Below are positions 9,984 to 19,139 of a stretch of 64,000 bases of DNA, piece by piece. A program made the translations under genes and the position numbers. Below the pieces are notes generated by a model. The model made no database searches. It was not told the DNA's origin and saw nothing but the letters and a program-made list of their open reading frames with translations. The first letter of the stretch is position 1, and each line of letters starts with the position of its first letter. The stretch comes from Candidatus Tritonobacter lacicola (GTDB lineage Bacteria > Auribacterota > Tritonobacteria > Tritonobacterales > Tritonobacteraceae), in assembly GCA_030765135.1 (NCBI GenBank), contig JAVCDC010000145.1, positions 7,175 to 71,174 of the forward strand, in the 5' to 3' direction.

Positions 9984-10883
9984 ATGCTGCCGAGGCTGAA
10001 CGGGTCATTCAAAACTTCATCTCTCTTCCTGCTCGCAGCCATTTTACTGTTCGTATGGGGGCCCGCCGGAGGACATGCGGAGCAGACGGTGATGGAGGTG
10101 ATCCCGTTGAAACACCGCACCGCCGAGGAGGTCATTCCCATCTTGCAGCCGTTTATCAAGGAAGGGGGAGCTATCAGCGGGATGCAGAACAAGGTCATAA
10201 TATCCACCACTCCCTCCAACCTCGCGGAGATCAAGAAGATCCTCAACTCCATTGACGGCGAGCTCCGCCGGCTCATGGTCACCGTAAAGCAGGACGAGTC
10301 CCGTGAGGAGTCAGGAGAGGAACTGGAGATCTCCGGCCGCGCCGCAATTGACGATATTGCCGGCGCAACCGTGGGGGGAAGCGGGGGGGATCGCGGCCTG
10401 ACGGTCGAAAATAAACGCGGGGAAGAAAGCGTGCGCGTTCACGCCTTCGGTGTCCAATCACCGGAAGAGGACAACGTCATCCAGCAGGTGCAGGTGCTTG
10501 AGGGGAACAGCGCCTTTATCCGGAGCGGCCTTTCCGTCCCCCTCACCGCCTACGCCACGGAAAGATACATCAACGGCAGGCGCGTAATAGAGTCCCCGGA
10601 GTACCGCGACGTTATCACCGGCTTCTATGTTCTGCCGCGCGTGAGCGGCGACCGCGTCACTCTCGATATCAGCACACACCGGGACAGGCTCGTCGATATC
10701 CGGACGGGCAGCGCCAACGTTCAGCAGATAGAGACATGCGTCTCAGGCCGCCTCGGCGAGTGGATGGAGATAGGGGGGCTGCTCCATCAAGTTTTCGGTA
10801 AGCGGTCGGGCATACTGCACGGCGCCGGAAAAGACATCCGGGATCGCCGCAGAGTCCTCATCCGGGTAGACGAGCTCAAGTAA
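9984..10883 (+). CDS. NolW-like short secretin-related protein
   Basis: Signal peptide; EVIPLKHRTAEEVIPIL N-domain; QQVQVLEG, TGFYVLPRVSGDRVTLDI, GRLGEWMEIGG. Confidence 0.8.
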   Translation: MLPRLNGSFKTSSLFLLAAILLFVWGPAGGHAEQTVMEVIPLKHRTAEEVIPILQPFIKEGGAISGMQNKVIISTTPSNLAEIKKILNSIDGELRRLMVTVKQDESREESGEELEISGRAAIDDIAGATVGGSGGDRGLTVENKRGEESVRVHAFGVQSPEEDNVIQQVQVLEGNSAFIRSGLSVPLTAYATERYINGRRVIESPEYRDVITGFYVLPRVSGDRVTLDISTHRDRLVDIRTGSANVQQIETCVSGRLGEWMEIGGLLHQVFGKRSGILHGAGKDIRDRRRVLIRVDELK

Positions 10884-10892
10884 GGAAGCAAG

Positions 10893-11060
10893 AGGGGACG
10901 GAGGAAATGGGGTTCAATTTAACAGATGTGGGTTCTTTTCTCCGTATGGATAAATCCGCGGTTTTGAGAGCAGCAAGGAAAGGGAAAAAGATGGCCGAAA
11001 AAGGGGGTGTAACCTTTCCCTCAACCGCTAAAGTCAACAAGTCAACTCCGTCCCCTATTT
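10893..11060 (+). mobile_element. Internally deleted RAYT-type (HUH/Y1 transposase) relic with inverted ends
   Basis: 11-bp perfect IR aggggacggag/ctccgtcccct; internal frame EEMGFNLTDVGSFLRMDKSAVLRAARKG resembles the C-terminal HTH of RAYTs. Confidence 0.55.
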
Positions 11061-11480
11061 GAAGAGGTCAAAATAGAGTGCCAGGGCTATTGCTAAAACC
11101 GACGTGGCGAAGATGAAGAAGAAGTTTACCCGTTCTTTTCTCGAGCTCAGGCTGCAGAGAATAGCACCGAGGTTCTCATAGTCCTTCTCTTCGAGAACCT
11201 CCCTGCCGTCTATCTTGTCGACGAGCCCCGACCGCTCGATGTGCTTTTCGCGTTCGTGACCCACGCGAAACTTGTACAGAAAAAAGACAAAGAATCCCAC
11301 CACACCGACATACCAGGCGACCTTCCCGTAGATCGGGGCTACATTCTGAAAGATAACTACGACCCTGATCGCTATAGTGGCTATAAGGCCTATAATGAAA
11401 TATATCCACGAATGTAAAGAATCCCTGCACCTGGAATATTCCGTGCAGCTTTCACATTTCTCATCAAAAAGCGGCGACAT
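11055..11480 (-). CDS. Hypothetical membrane protein (3 TM, N-terminal CxxC-x5-C)
   Basis: ORF track; hydrophobic segments. Confidence 0.7.
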   Translation of the reverse strand: MSPLFDEKCESCTEYSRCRDSLHSWIYFIIGLIATIAIRVVVIFQNVAPIYGKVAWYVGVVGFFVFFLYKFRVGHEREKHIERSGLVDKIDGREVLEEKDYENLGAILCSLSSRKERVNFFFIFATSVLAIALALYFDLFK

Positions 11481-11573
11481 TGGAGCAATCCGACCTGTTC
11501 ATGAATTCATAAAAGGAAGAAAGATATTCTCCGTTTTGTCCTGTCATTAAGTCTGTATCATGTCAGGCGGAGT

Positions 11574-13055
11574 TCATGGCTTTTTGTTCAGTATGACCCT
11601 GTCAACGAACTTCTTGGGTCCGCTCGCCGCGGGCGCGGCCATTTCTTCCTCGGTCTTTTTGAGCAGCTTCCTTTCCCTCTCCAAAATACCGTCGGACGGC
11701 GTCACTTTTCTCGGCGTGAGCAGGACAACTATCTCGGACGTCTTCTTCACGTCGATCTCGTGCCGGAAGAAATAACCCAGCATCGGTATCGCGCCGAGAA
11801 TCGGCACGCGATCGTCCATCTTGGTTACCTCATCCTTCCGCAAGCCAGAAAGGGTGAACAGTTCCCCGTCCATCAAGACCACATTAGCCGTTGTCGACCT
11901 CGTATTGATAATCGGTGTGCTGCTGGCCGCCCAGCCCATCAAGCTGTGGACCACCGCGTCGATCTCAAGCGACAATGAATGGGTGCCGATAATGGGCGTA
12001 ATAATAAGTTCAATGCCCGTCTGGGCCTGCTTGTTCAGCGGCTCATCCGACGTGGAGTACGCCGTGTAGCTGATATTGTCCAGCGATGCGATTATCGCCT
12101 TCTGGCCGTTCATGGCGACAACGGTCGGGCGAGACAGCACTCGCGCCCTGCCGGTCCGGACCATGAAGTTGATCATGTTCGCCACCGCCTTCGGACGCAT
12201 ACCGCTGAGGTCCAGGCTTTGCGCCAAGTACTTCATTGTTCCTATCGTGTCTCCGGTTGCCGCTCGCGGTGCGTGGTCCTTCCCCCGCTCGAAGTCGAAG
12301 CTCATGTTGACTTCCTCGGGAAGACCCTCTTTCCACTGGTCAAGAGCAAGGCCGAAATTGAAGTCGCTATCCATTTCTATTTCAACAATCTGTACTTCGA
12401 TGCGCACCATCTCCGGGGGCACGTCGAAGTCCTCAAGGTCGCTCAGCGCCCCCTGGTAATAGCTGGGCACATCACAGATGTGGAGCACATTAATCTCATC
12501 ATCGGCATAGGCCGAGCCTATCGGGCTCAGGTCTCTGGCTACGATGAACTTTGCGACCTCCGAGGCAAGGCGGTGTTTCATCTTGTAATTTATGGACGGC
12601 TTACCGTTATTATCGTAATTCGTGCCCTCCTGGTCGAGAGTACTAATCACAGTCTCGAGATAGGGAAACTGGAATATCGGCGCTGTAATGACAAGGTAGT
12701 TAACGCCGGTTACCGTATTAACGGACAGGTCTATCTGTCCGTTCTCCTTTGCCACGGTCGTCAGAAGGAACTCCCAGAGTTCCGAGCCGATATCGTGTTT
12801 CAATTTGTATATCTTGCAGATAAAATCCGTGTCATCCTCGGTGTCGATGACCTTGATAGCAGAGCCCCTTGCCGGAGCAGAAGGAATGGCATTGTAGTAG
12901 AGGTCGCCGTCCTCGAATGCCTTTATGCCTCCCTTCGGCGGTTTGCCCTGTGCATCAACATCAACATTGAGGCGCACTTCAGTAGTAACCTCGCCATACA
13001 CAGTTACGCTGAAAACCATGAAAGCCGACAACGCGCTTAATAAAATTCTCTTCAT
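11574..13055 (-). CDS. Secretin family (type II/III secretion outer-membrane pore-like) protein
   Basis: Signal peptide; VRIEVQIVE, ARVLSRPTVVAMNGQKA, VPILGAIPMLGYFFR, EIVVLLTP. Confidence 0.88.
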   Translation of the reverse strand: MKRILLSALSAFMVFSVTVYGEVTTEVRLNVDVDAQGKPPKGGIKAFEDGDLYYNAIPSAPARGSAIKVIDTEDDTDFICKIYKLKHDIGSELWEFLLTTVAKENGQIDLSVNTVTGVNYLVITAPIFQFPYLETVISTLDQEGTNYDNNGKPSINYKMKHRLASEVAKFIVARDLSPIGSAYADDEINVLHICDVPSYYQGALSDLEDFDVPPEMVRIEVQIVEIEMDSDFNFGLALDQWKEGLPEEVNMSFDFERGKDHAPRAATGDTIGTMKYLAQSLDLSGMRPKAVANMINFMVRTGRARVLSRPTVVAMNGQKAIIASLDNISYTAYSTSDEPLNKQAQTGIELIITPIIGTHSLSLEIDAVVHSLMGWAASSTPIINTRSTTANVVLMDGELFTLSGLRKDEVTKMDDRVPILGAIPMLGYFFRHEIDVKKTSEIVVLLTPRKVTPSDGILERERKLLKKTEEEMAAPAASGPKKFVDRVILNKKP

Positions 13056-13132
13056 AGTACTGCTCCTCTTTCTCGCTGTTTATAGAACCAGCACCTGAAA
13101 TAATACGCAACCATATCATCCCCCCCTGGGAA

Positions 13133-13597
13133 TCACTCTTCCCCCATTCGGGAGGAGGGGATATTTGGAATGGGCGGATATACCTGCAAGACGGATTTAA
13201 TATTATCAAGGCCTAACTTGTAATCAACTCGCACATCTCCTATGATCGCTTTTCCCACCAGGTATTCAATATCACCCCTCATCTTAAGGCTGCCTGTCAT
13301 GGACCTGCCATTGATCAGGGTTATCATCCAATTTTTTTTGTCCACCCTCTCCACGCCTGCTATTAAACCTAAATCTATTCTCAACTCCGTCTCGCCCTCC
13401 ACAAGAACGAGGTTGTTCACACGCTTGTTTCTCCTGCCCTCGATAAGGAAACTCAGGTCGGTCACTTTCGTCTTCGTTCCATCAATATCCGTTATCTCCG
13501 ATACTACTTTACAAGGGACGGGTTCCTCGGCCGCCAAAGCCCCGTTAATTCCCATACTAACGACAGCCAACGCAATAAAGAAAAGATATACTTTCAT
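13133..13597 (-). CDS. Hypothetical secreted protein
   Basis: Signal peptide (ALA); beta-rich. Confidence 0.7.
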   Translation of the reverse strand: MKVYLFFIALAVVSMGINGALAAEEPVPCKVVSEITDIDGTKTKVTDLSFLIEGRRNKRVNNLVLVEGETELRIDLGLIAGVERVDKKNWMITLINGRSMTGSLKMRGDIEYLVGKAIIGDVRVDYKLGLDNIKSVLQVYPPIPNIPSSRMGEE

Positions 13598-13692
13598 CAG
13601 ATGCCTCCCTAATGTTATTATGCGTTCCCAAGGCTACAGCGAATTCCGGCTCTTTTTGCCTCCTGCCCGCTTCATTCCTCCTCTCGCTGCTT

Positions 13693-14577
13693 CTATGAGG
13701 ATAGTACCGCCCAGGCGGGCTTCCTGAAAAGACCGATTATTATAGGCGCAGCGCACATGACAAGTATTCCTATTACTAAGAACGCCTCGTAGAAAAAGAC
13801 GCTGCCGGTTTCAATCTGTGACGGGGGGAAGAAACCGACGGCAAACGCGAACATTGCCCCCAGAATGCCCACACCTCCCACCAGCCACATTCCGAAGTTT
13901 CCCAGCGGGACCCTGTAGGCCCGTATCACATCCGGCCGGGAGTAACGCAAACGGATGGCCGAGCAATAGAGCAGTATATACATTATCAGGTAAAGAAGCA
14001 CGCAGAGGGCCGAGAGTATCCAGTAGGAGCTGCTGACGTTTGGCATGAGCAGGAAGATAAAGGCCAGTACCGTGACGATGCCGCCCTGAACAATGAGAAT
14101 GTGGGTGGGCACACCCTCTCTGTTCACATACTGGAGGAATGGGGGAAGGTGGCCGTCCTCGGCGGTGGTATAGAGACCTTTACTCGGTCCGACAATCCAG
14201 GTGCTCAACTCACCAAGGGAGCCGAGGGCGACAAAGAAAGCTATGAAAGAGAGGACGGTGGGAAACCAGATGACATTCTGAATCCACTGGAGCCAGATGG
14301 CCACAAATCCCAAGCGCTCTCCGAACGCTTCCCTAACCCAGATATAGACACCGCCCGGTCCATGCGGCGGCCACCCGGTAGCCAGTTCCGCCGAGATAAG
14401 CGAGACCGGAATCAGAAAGACCAGCACCGTCACCAGGTAATAGAAGATAAGCGAAAAACCTTCCTCGGCCATCATCGGCAGGCCGCGGAGTGTACAGATA
14501 ACGGCCACGTTCATCATCGCCAGCGTAAAGACGCCGAGAGTTCTTTTCGGTTTTAGTTCGGCCGTTTCGCCGGTCAT
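13693..14577 (-). pseudogene. GadC-like APC amino acid permease with large in-frame internal deletion
   Basis: Matches 16308-17789 at both ends (WLQWIQNV; GPSKGL) but lacks about 196 central residues. Confidence 0.7.
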
Positions 14578-14679
14578 CTTACATCTCCACGTTGCAGTTC
14601 TTAAGACCCCCGGGACGCGCTTGGTCCTCCCCTGATTCCTCTTTTCCCCAATCTGCGTGGGAATAAACCTGCCGCAGTT

Positions 14680-14706
14680 TCGTTACGATGCCTGGCATCG
14701 TAACGA
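14680..14706. repeat. 13+1+13 perfect palindrome
   Basis: tcgttacgatgcc-t-ggcatcgtaacga. Confidence 0.8.
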
Positions 14707-14839
14707 GAGGGGATCTCTCCGCGAAGAAGCACCTTCCGCGAAAACGTGCAGTGGTCTTTAGAACCCTGACCCACCACCTGCCGGGGGAAACATCCGGATT
14801 GCCAGCGAAATCCGCCGGCTTTCGTGGGTAAGCCGGATT

Positions 14840-16246
14840 TCAGCAGTGCTTGAATGTCCCCTTGCCTTTTTCCCTCTTCTTCGCCTTGTGCCCCGGGTGC
14901 GAGGCGTAAAACTCAAGCGCCCGGCGTATATCATTAAGGAGAAGGTCGGCCATGTCGCGGCTGAAGCCCTCTTTGACGACGACACGCTGGACGGTGAGAT
15001 CCTCGCGGTTTTTCGGCATCGTGTAGGCGGGGACCAGCCAGCCGCGGTCGCGGATCCTTTCCGCCAGGTCGAAGAGGGTGAAGTTGGTCTCCTTCTTCAG
15101 CTTCCAGCAGAAGACCGGGATGTCGCTGCCGTCGGTGATCAGCTCGAAAGGCCCCAGCTTGGCGATCTCTCCCGACAGGTAAAGGGCGACGTCCTGGCAG
15201 GACTGCTGGATGCGCCGGTACCCGTCCCGGCCCAGGCGCAGGAAGTTGTAGTACTGTGCCACGATCTGGTTGCCGGGGCGGGAAAAGTTGATAGCGAAGG
15301 TAGGCATCTCTCCCCCGAGGTAGTTGACGTAAAAGATCAGGTCCTCCGGCAGTTCCTCCCGGTCCCTCCAGACCACCCAGCCCACGCCCGGGTAGACCAG
15401 GCCGTACTTATGGCCCGAAGCGTTGATCGACTTCACCCACTTGAGGCGAAAATCCCACTCCAGGTCGGTCTGAATAAAAGGGGCAATGAAGCCGCCGCTG
15501 GCCCCGTCGATATGGATGGGGATTTCCCACCCGGTCTTGCGATTCAGCTCGTCCAGGGCGTCGTTGATCTCCTTGACCGGCTCGTACTCACCGGTAAAGG
15601 TGGTCCCCATGATGCCGACGATCCCGATCGTGTTCTCATCGCAGAGTTTCATCGCCTCTTCGGCATTGAGGCAGAAGCGGTCACCCTCCATCGGGACCTG
15701 GCGGGGCTCGATATCCCAGTAGCGGCAGAACTTATCCCAGCAGATCTGGACATTGATCCCCATTACCAGGTTCGGCCTGTCGTCCGGCTTTCCCTTCGCC
15801 TTCATCCGCTCCCGCCACTTCCATTTCATTGCCATCCCCCCCAGCATGCAGGCCTCGCTGGAGCCGATCGTCGAGCAGCCGACGGTGTTGGCGGCGTCCG
15901 GGGCGTGCCAGAGGTCCGCCAGGATGTTGACGCAGCGCATCTCCAGCTCGGCGGTCTGGGGGTACTCGTCCTTGTCGATCATGTTCTTGTCGAAGGTCTC
16001 CGCCATCAGCTGCCGGGCCTCCGGCTCCATCCAGGTGGTGACGAATGTGGCCAGGTTGAGCCGGGAGTTGCCGTCGAGCATCAGCTCGTCGTGGACCACG
16101 TTGTAGGCCGTCCGCGGCAACATCTCCACTTCCGGGATCTTGTACTTCGGGACGGTCGTGGTCAAGGCCCGCGCCGCGTAGGTCGGCGTGAGGACAGCGT
16201 CCTCGGGCCGCATTTTACTATGATCTACTTTCTTGTGAAGAATCAT
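14840..16246 (-). CDS. gadB: Glutamate decarboxylase
   Basis: DGNSRLNLATFVTTWM, DKDEYPQT, STIGSSEA, PLP lysine motif SGHKYGLVYPG; ends FKHC. Confidence 0.97.
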   Translation of the reverse strand: MILHKKVDHSKMRPEDAVLTPTYAARALTTTVPKYKIPEVEMLPRTAYNVVHDELMLDGNSRLNLATFVTTWMEPEARQLMAETFDKNMIDKDEYPQTAELEMRCVNILADLWHAPDAANTVGCSTIGSSEACMLGGMAMKWKWRERMKAKGKPDDRPNLVMGINVQICWDKFCRYWDIEPRQVPMEGDRFCLNAEEAMKLCDENTIGIVGIMGTTFTGEYEPVKEINDALDELNRKTGWEIPIHIDGASGGFIAPFIQTDLEWDFRLKWVKSINASGHKYGLVYPGVGWVVWRDREELPEDLIFYVNYLGGEMPTFAINFSRPGNQIVAQYYNFLRLGRDGYRRIQQSCQDVALYLSGEIAKLGPFELITDGSDIPVFCWKLKKETNFTLFDLAERIRDRGWLVPAYTMPKNREDLTVQRVVVKEGFSRDMADLLLNDIRRALEFYASHPGHKAKKREKGKGTFKHC

Positions 16247-16307
16247 CTTTCCCTCCCTCCTTTGAGTAGGTTATGTTTTTCTTTTCTGCCAGGCTTTGGC
16301 AGGTATG

Positions 16308-17789
16308 TCATTGCGCGTTTGCCGCAGTACCGCTTTCATTCGAAACCTGGCGCCACTGCGGTTTTTTAAACGAATTTATCAAAAACGGCAGACCCACGAA
16401 TATAATCAAACCGCCTGAAACAAGCCCCACATAAAGTGTGGGATTGCCTACCGGCAGGTTGCTCGGCGGGAAAAAACCGACAACAAGAGAGAAACAAACT
16501 CCGATCAAACCGATTCCGGCAACAACACAGACGCCGAAAATTCCACCCGGAATTTTGTAGGAACGGGGCAGGTCCGGCCGGGCTATCCGCAGTTTGATAG
16601 CCGCGGCATACATCAGAATATACATCACCAGATACACGGTAATTGTCATAGCGGACAGAAGGAAAAATGCCACACTTACATTGTCCATAATAAAGTAGAG
16701 GCAAGCCAATATTGAAACAATAACTCCCTGGATTAAGAGTATATTGATCTGCATTCCGCTTTTATTTGTTTTTGCCATAAATGGCGGTATTTCGCCCTGT
16801 TTCGCTGTTTCAAGCAAGCCTCTACTGGGTCCGCTTATCCACGACATTACTCCCCCGATAGCGCCGAAAGCGGTTAATAAAGCTATTATCGGGGTCAGAA
16901 AACCGAGATGGAATTTATCCAGCAAGTCCTTGAAGGCCTGCATAACACCAGCGGTAAGACTAATTTTATTAGCAGGAAGCACGGTCGCAATTGCGAGTGA
17001 CCCCAGCAGGAAAATTGCAAATATAATACCCATTGCTATAAACATACTTACAGGAAATTGCTTGGCGGGATTTTCGAGTTCGTTGGCATGCACAGCGTGC
17101 ACTTCAACGCCGGCAAACAGCAAAATAATTCCGGCAAGAAAAGCGATACTTCCCAGCCCGGTAATGTGAGGGAAGAAGCTGGGATGGGGATGTTCTCCGA
17201 GTGCTTTTTCCGCAGTGGCAACCGCAGGGGAGGCTTCCATAAAACAAATTGGATTCCCCTGGGAGATCCAGATAATCGCGAGTACTATTATAATAATCCC
17301 CGGCAGTATAGTACCGACAAGCACACCATATTGTGTAACCTTGCTGACGACGGATGTCCCGATCAAAGCGATAAGAGTGGCCAACCAGTAACAGATAAGA
17401 ATGACTATTCCGGTATAGAGCCCTTTGTTCGCCAGTCCCGGGGCCATAACGACATATGCCAAAACCCCGGCAGCAAAAGCCAGAGTAGTAGGATACCACA
17501 CCACGTTTTGGATCCATTGCAGCCATATTGCTGTAAATCCCCAACGGGAACCGAATGCTTCCTTGACCCAGGTGTACACTCCCCCGCCTTTTTTACTGAA
17601 CGCGCCTCCAAGTTCCGCAGCAACAAGCGAGGCCGGTAGAAGAAACATTATTACGGCGAAAAGAATATAGGCAAGCATAGAAAGTCCCTCTTTCGCCATC
17701 ATCGGCAACCCTCGCAGACTGGTAACCACGGCAGCTACCGTCATCATACTGAGAGTGAAAACAGTTATCTTTTTCGTGCCCTTTTCCAT
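16308..17789 (-). CDS. gadC: Glutamate:GABA antiporter (APC family)
   Basis: About 12 TM, GGVYTWVKEAFG, FAGVEV, GPSRGL; adjacent to gadB; visibly lower GC. Confidence 0.85.
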   Translation of the reverse strand: MEKGTKKITVFTLSMMTVAAVVTSLRGLPMMAKEGLSMLAYILFAVIMFLLPASLVAAELGGAFSKKGGGVYTWVKEAFGSRWGFTAIWLQWIQNVVWYPTTLAFAAGVLAYVVMAPGLANKGLYTGIVILICYWLATLIALIGTSVVSKVTQYGVLVGTILPGIIIIVLAIIWISQGNPICFMEASPAVATAEKALGEHPHPSFFPHITGLGSIAFLAGIILLFAGVEVHAVHANELENPAKQFPVSMFIAMGIIFAIFLLGSLAIATVLPANKISLTAGVMQAFKDLLDKFHLGFLTPIIALLTAFGAIGGVMSWISGPSRGLLETAKQGEIPPFMAKTNKSGMQINILLIQGVIVSILACLYFIMDNVSVAFFLLSAMTITVYLVMYILMYAAAIKLRIARPDLPRSYKIPGGIFGVCVVAGIGLIGVCFSLVVGFFPPSNLPVGNPTLYVGLVSGGLIIFVGLPFLINSFKKPQWRQVSNESGTAANAQ

Positions 17790-17968
17790 ATCTTCCCCTC
17801 CTTGTTATTTCATTTTCACACAAAACTGCGGGATTATTTTTATTCTTTATTTACTTAAAATTGTAATTTCGAGATCGGTTCATGGAAAGAAAAATCCGCC
17901 AAATCCCTGCCCTGGTAGACAGGCGCGGTTTCAACCGGCTTCCGGTTCCGCATTTTCAGTCCGCCCCA

Positions 17969-19126
17969 TCACTTCTCCCTGTGCTCGTAGCCCCCGGTGT
18001 ACGACGGGTAGGTGTATTCGCCCTTCAAGAAATCAGTTTTCAGGTTTACATCAGTGGCGCCGATATTCAGGAAATCCACCGTGGGGGAAATCAGTTCCTC
18101 GTACTGCTTCGGACGCCGGTCCTTGAGGTAGTAGTACTTCGGCGCCGGGTGGGTCATCCCGTAGTATGCGGGGAGGCAGTCAGCGACGAGGAGCGTGTCC
18201 TGCTGATGGGAGGCCTCGACGATTACGTCCCCGTGCGGCCCGCAGACTATGGAGTTCCCCCCGTAATGCCACTCGTCCTTGCCCCGCTGCTCGTAGCCGC
18301 AGCGGTTGGCGTAGGCGAAGAAGATATTGTTGGCGTAGGCGTAGGCCGGAAATAAAAGCCGGGCAACATCGGGATAGGGTACCTTGCTCCGTTCACCGTT
18401 GGGCAGGGTGTAATAATTGTCGGCGGCGGTCGGACCGACGATCAGCTTCGCCCCCTTGAGCGCCAGGATGCGCGCGAGCTCGGGAAACTCGCACTCGTAG
18501 CAGTTGAGAACCCCCACCGGGAAACCGAAGATCGCGTGGACAGGGTAGTTGCTGTTCCCGAAGCTCCAGTTATCACGCTCCTGCTGGCCGTAGAGGTGTG
18601 TCTTATTATAGCTATCGAGGAGCTCACCCTTCTCGCTGATGACCGCGATGCTATCGTAATACTTCATGCTCACGTCGGGCTCTTTGACCTTCTCCGCGTA
18701 GGGGACGATAAGGGCCATGTTGTTATTCTTGGCAATCTCGCGGGCTTTGGTAATGCTGGGGCCGTCCTTGAATTCCGCGACCTCCTTCGCCGCCTCGGGA
18801 CTCAGCGTGTAACCCGGGACGTAGAGCTCGGGGAAGGCGAGGAGCTGCACGCCGTATTTCGTGGCGGTCTTGACCGCCTCCTCCAGGCGGGCCATGTTCT
18901 TCTCCGACGCCCCCTCCCCGCAGGCGGCCTGCGCCTGGTAGATACCAAGGCGGATGCCGGCTCCTTCCGGCGGGGTCCCGGGGTAGATCGAGGTCCGGAC
19001 CTGGAGCTTCCGGTAGCTGTCAGTCACCGATTTTCTATACCCCGGTGTGCCGTCGCATGATTCTTCCTGGGCAACCACCGGCAGAGCTACCAGTACGACC
19101 GTCAGCGCTGCCAGTACTCTCTTCAC
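17969..19126 (-). CDS. Exported carbon-nitrogen hydrolase (nitrilase/amidase family)
   Basis: Signal peptide (VVA-Q); catalytic triad FPELY / YNKTHL / NCYECEFPE; C-terminal DRRP. Confidence 0.9.
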   Translation of the reverse strand: MKRVLAALTVVLVALPVVAQEESCDGTPGYRKSVTDSYRKLQVRTSIYPGTPPEGAGIRLGIYQAQAACGEGASEKNMARLEEAVKTATKYGVQLLAFPELYVPGYTLSPEAAKEVAEFKDGPSITKAREIAKNNNMALIVPYAEKVKEPDVSMKYYDSIAVISEKGELLDSYNKTHLYGQQERDNWSFGNSNYPVHAIFGFPVGVLNCYECEFPELARILALKGAKLIVGPTAADNYYTLPNGERSKVPYPDVARLLFPAYAYANNIFFAYANRCGYEQRGKDEWHYGGNSIVCGPHGDVIVEASHQQDTLLVADCLPAYYGMTHPAPKYYYLKDRRPKQYEELISPTVDFLNIGATDVNLKTDFLKGEYTYPSYTGGYEHREK

Positions 19127-19139
19127 TTCCTATCCTCCT

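Noticed and set aside
14846-16369. 507-aa plus-strand ORF antisense to gadB, and similar long shadow ORFs over the RND, secretin and MscK genes
   Set aside because: Expected antisense or alternate-frame ORFs of high-GC3 genes; no recognisable motifs
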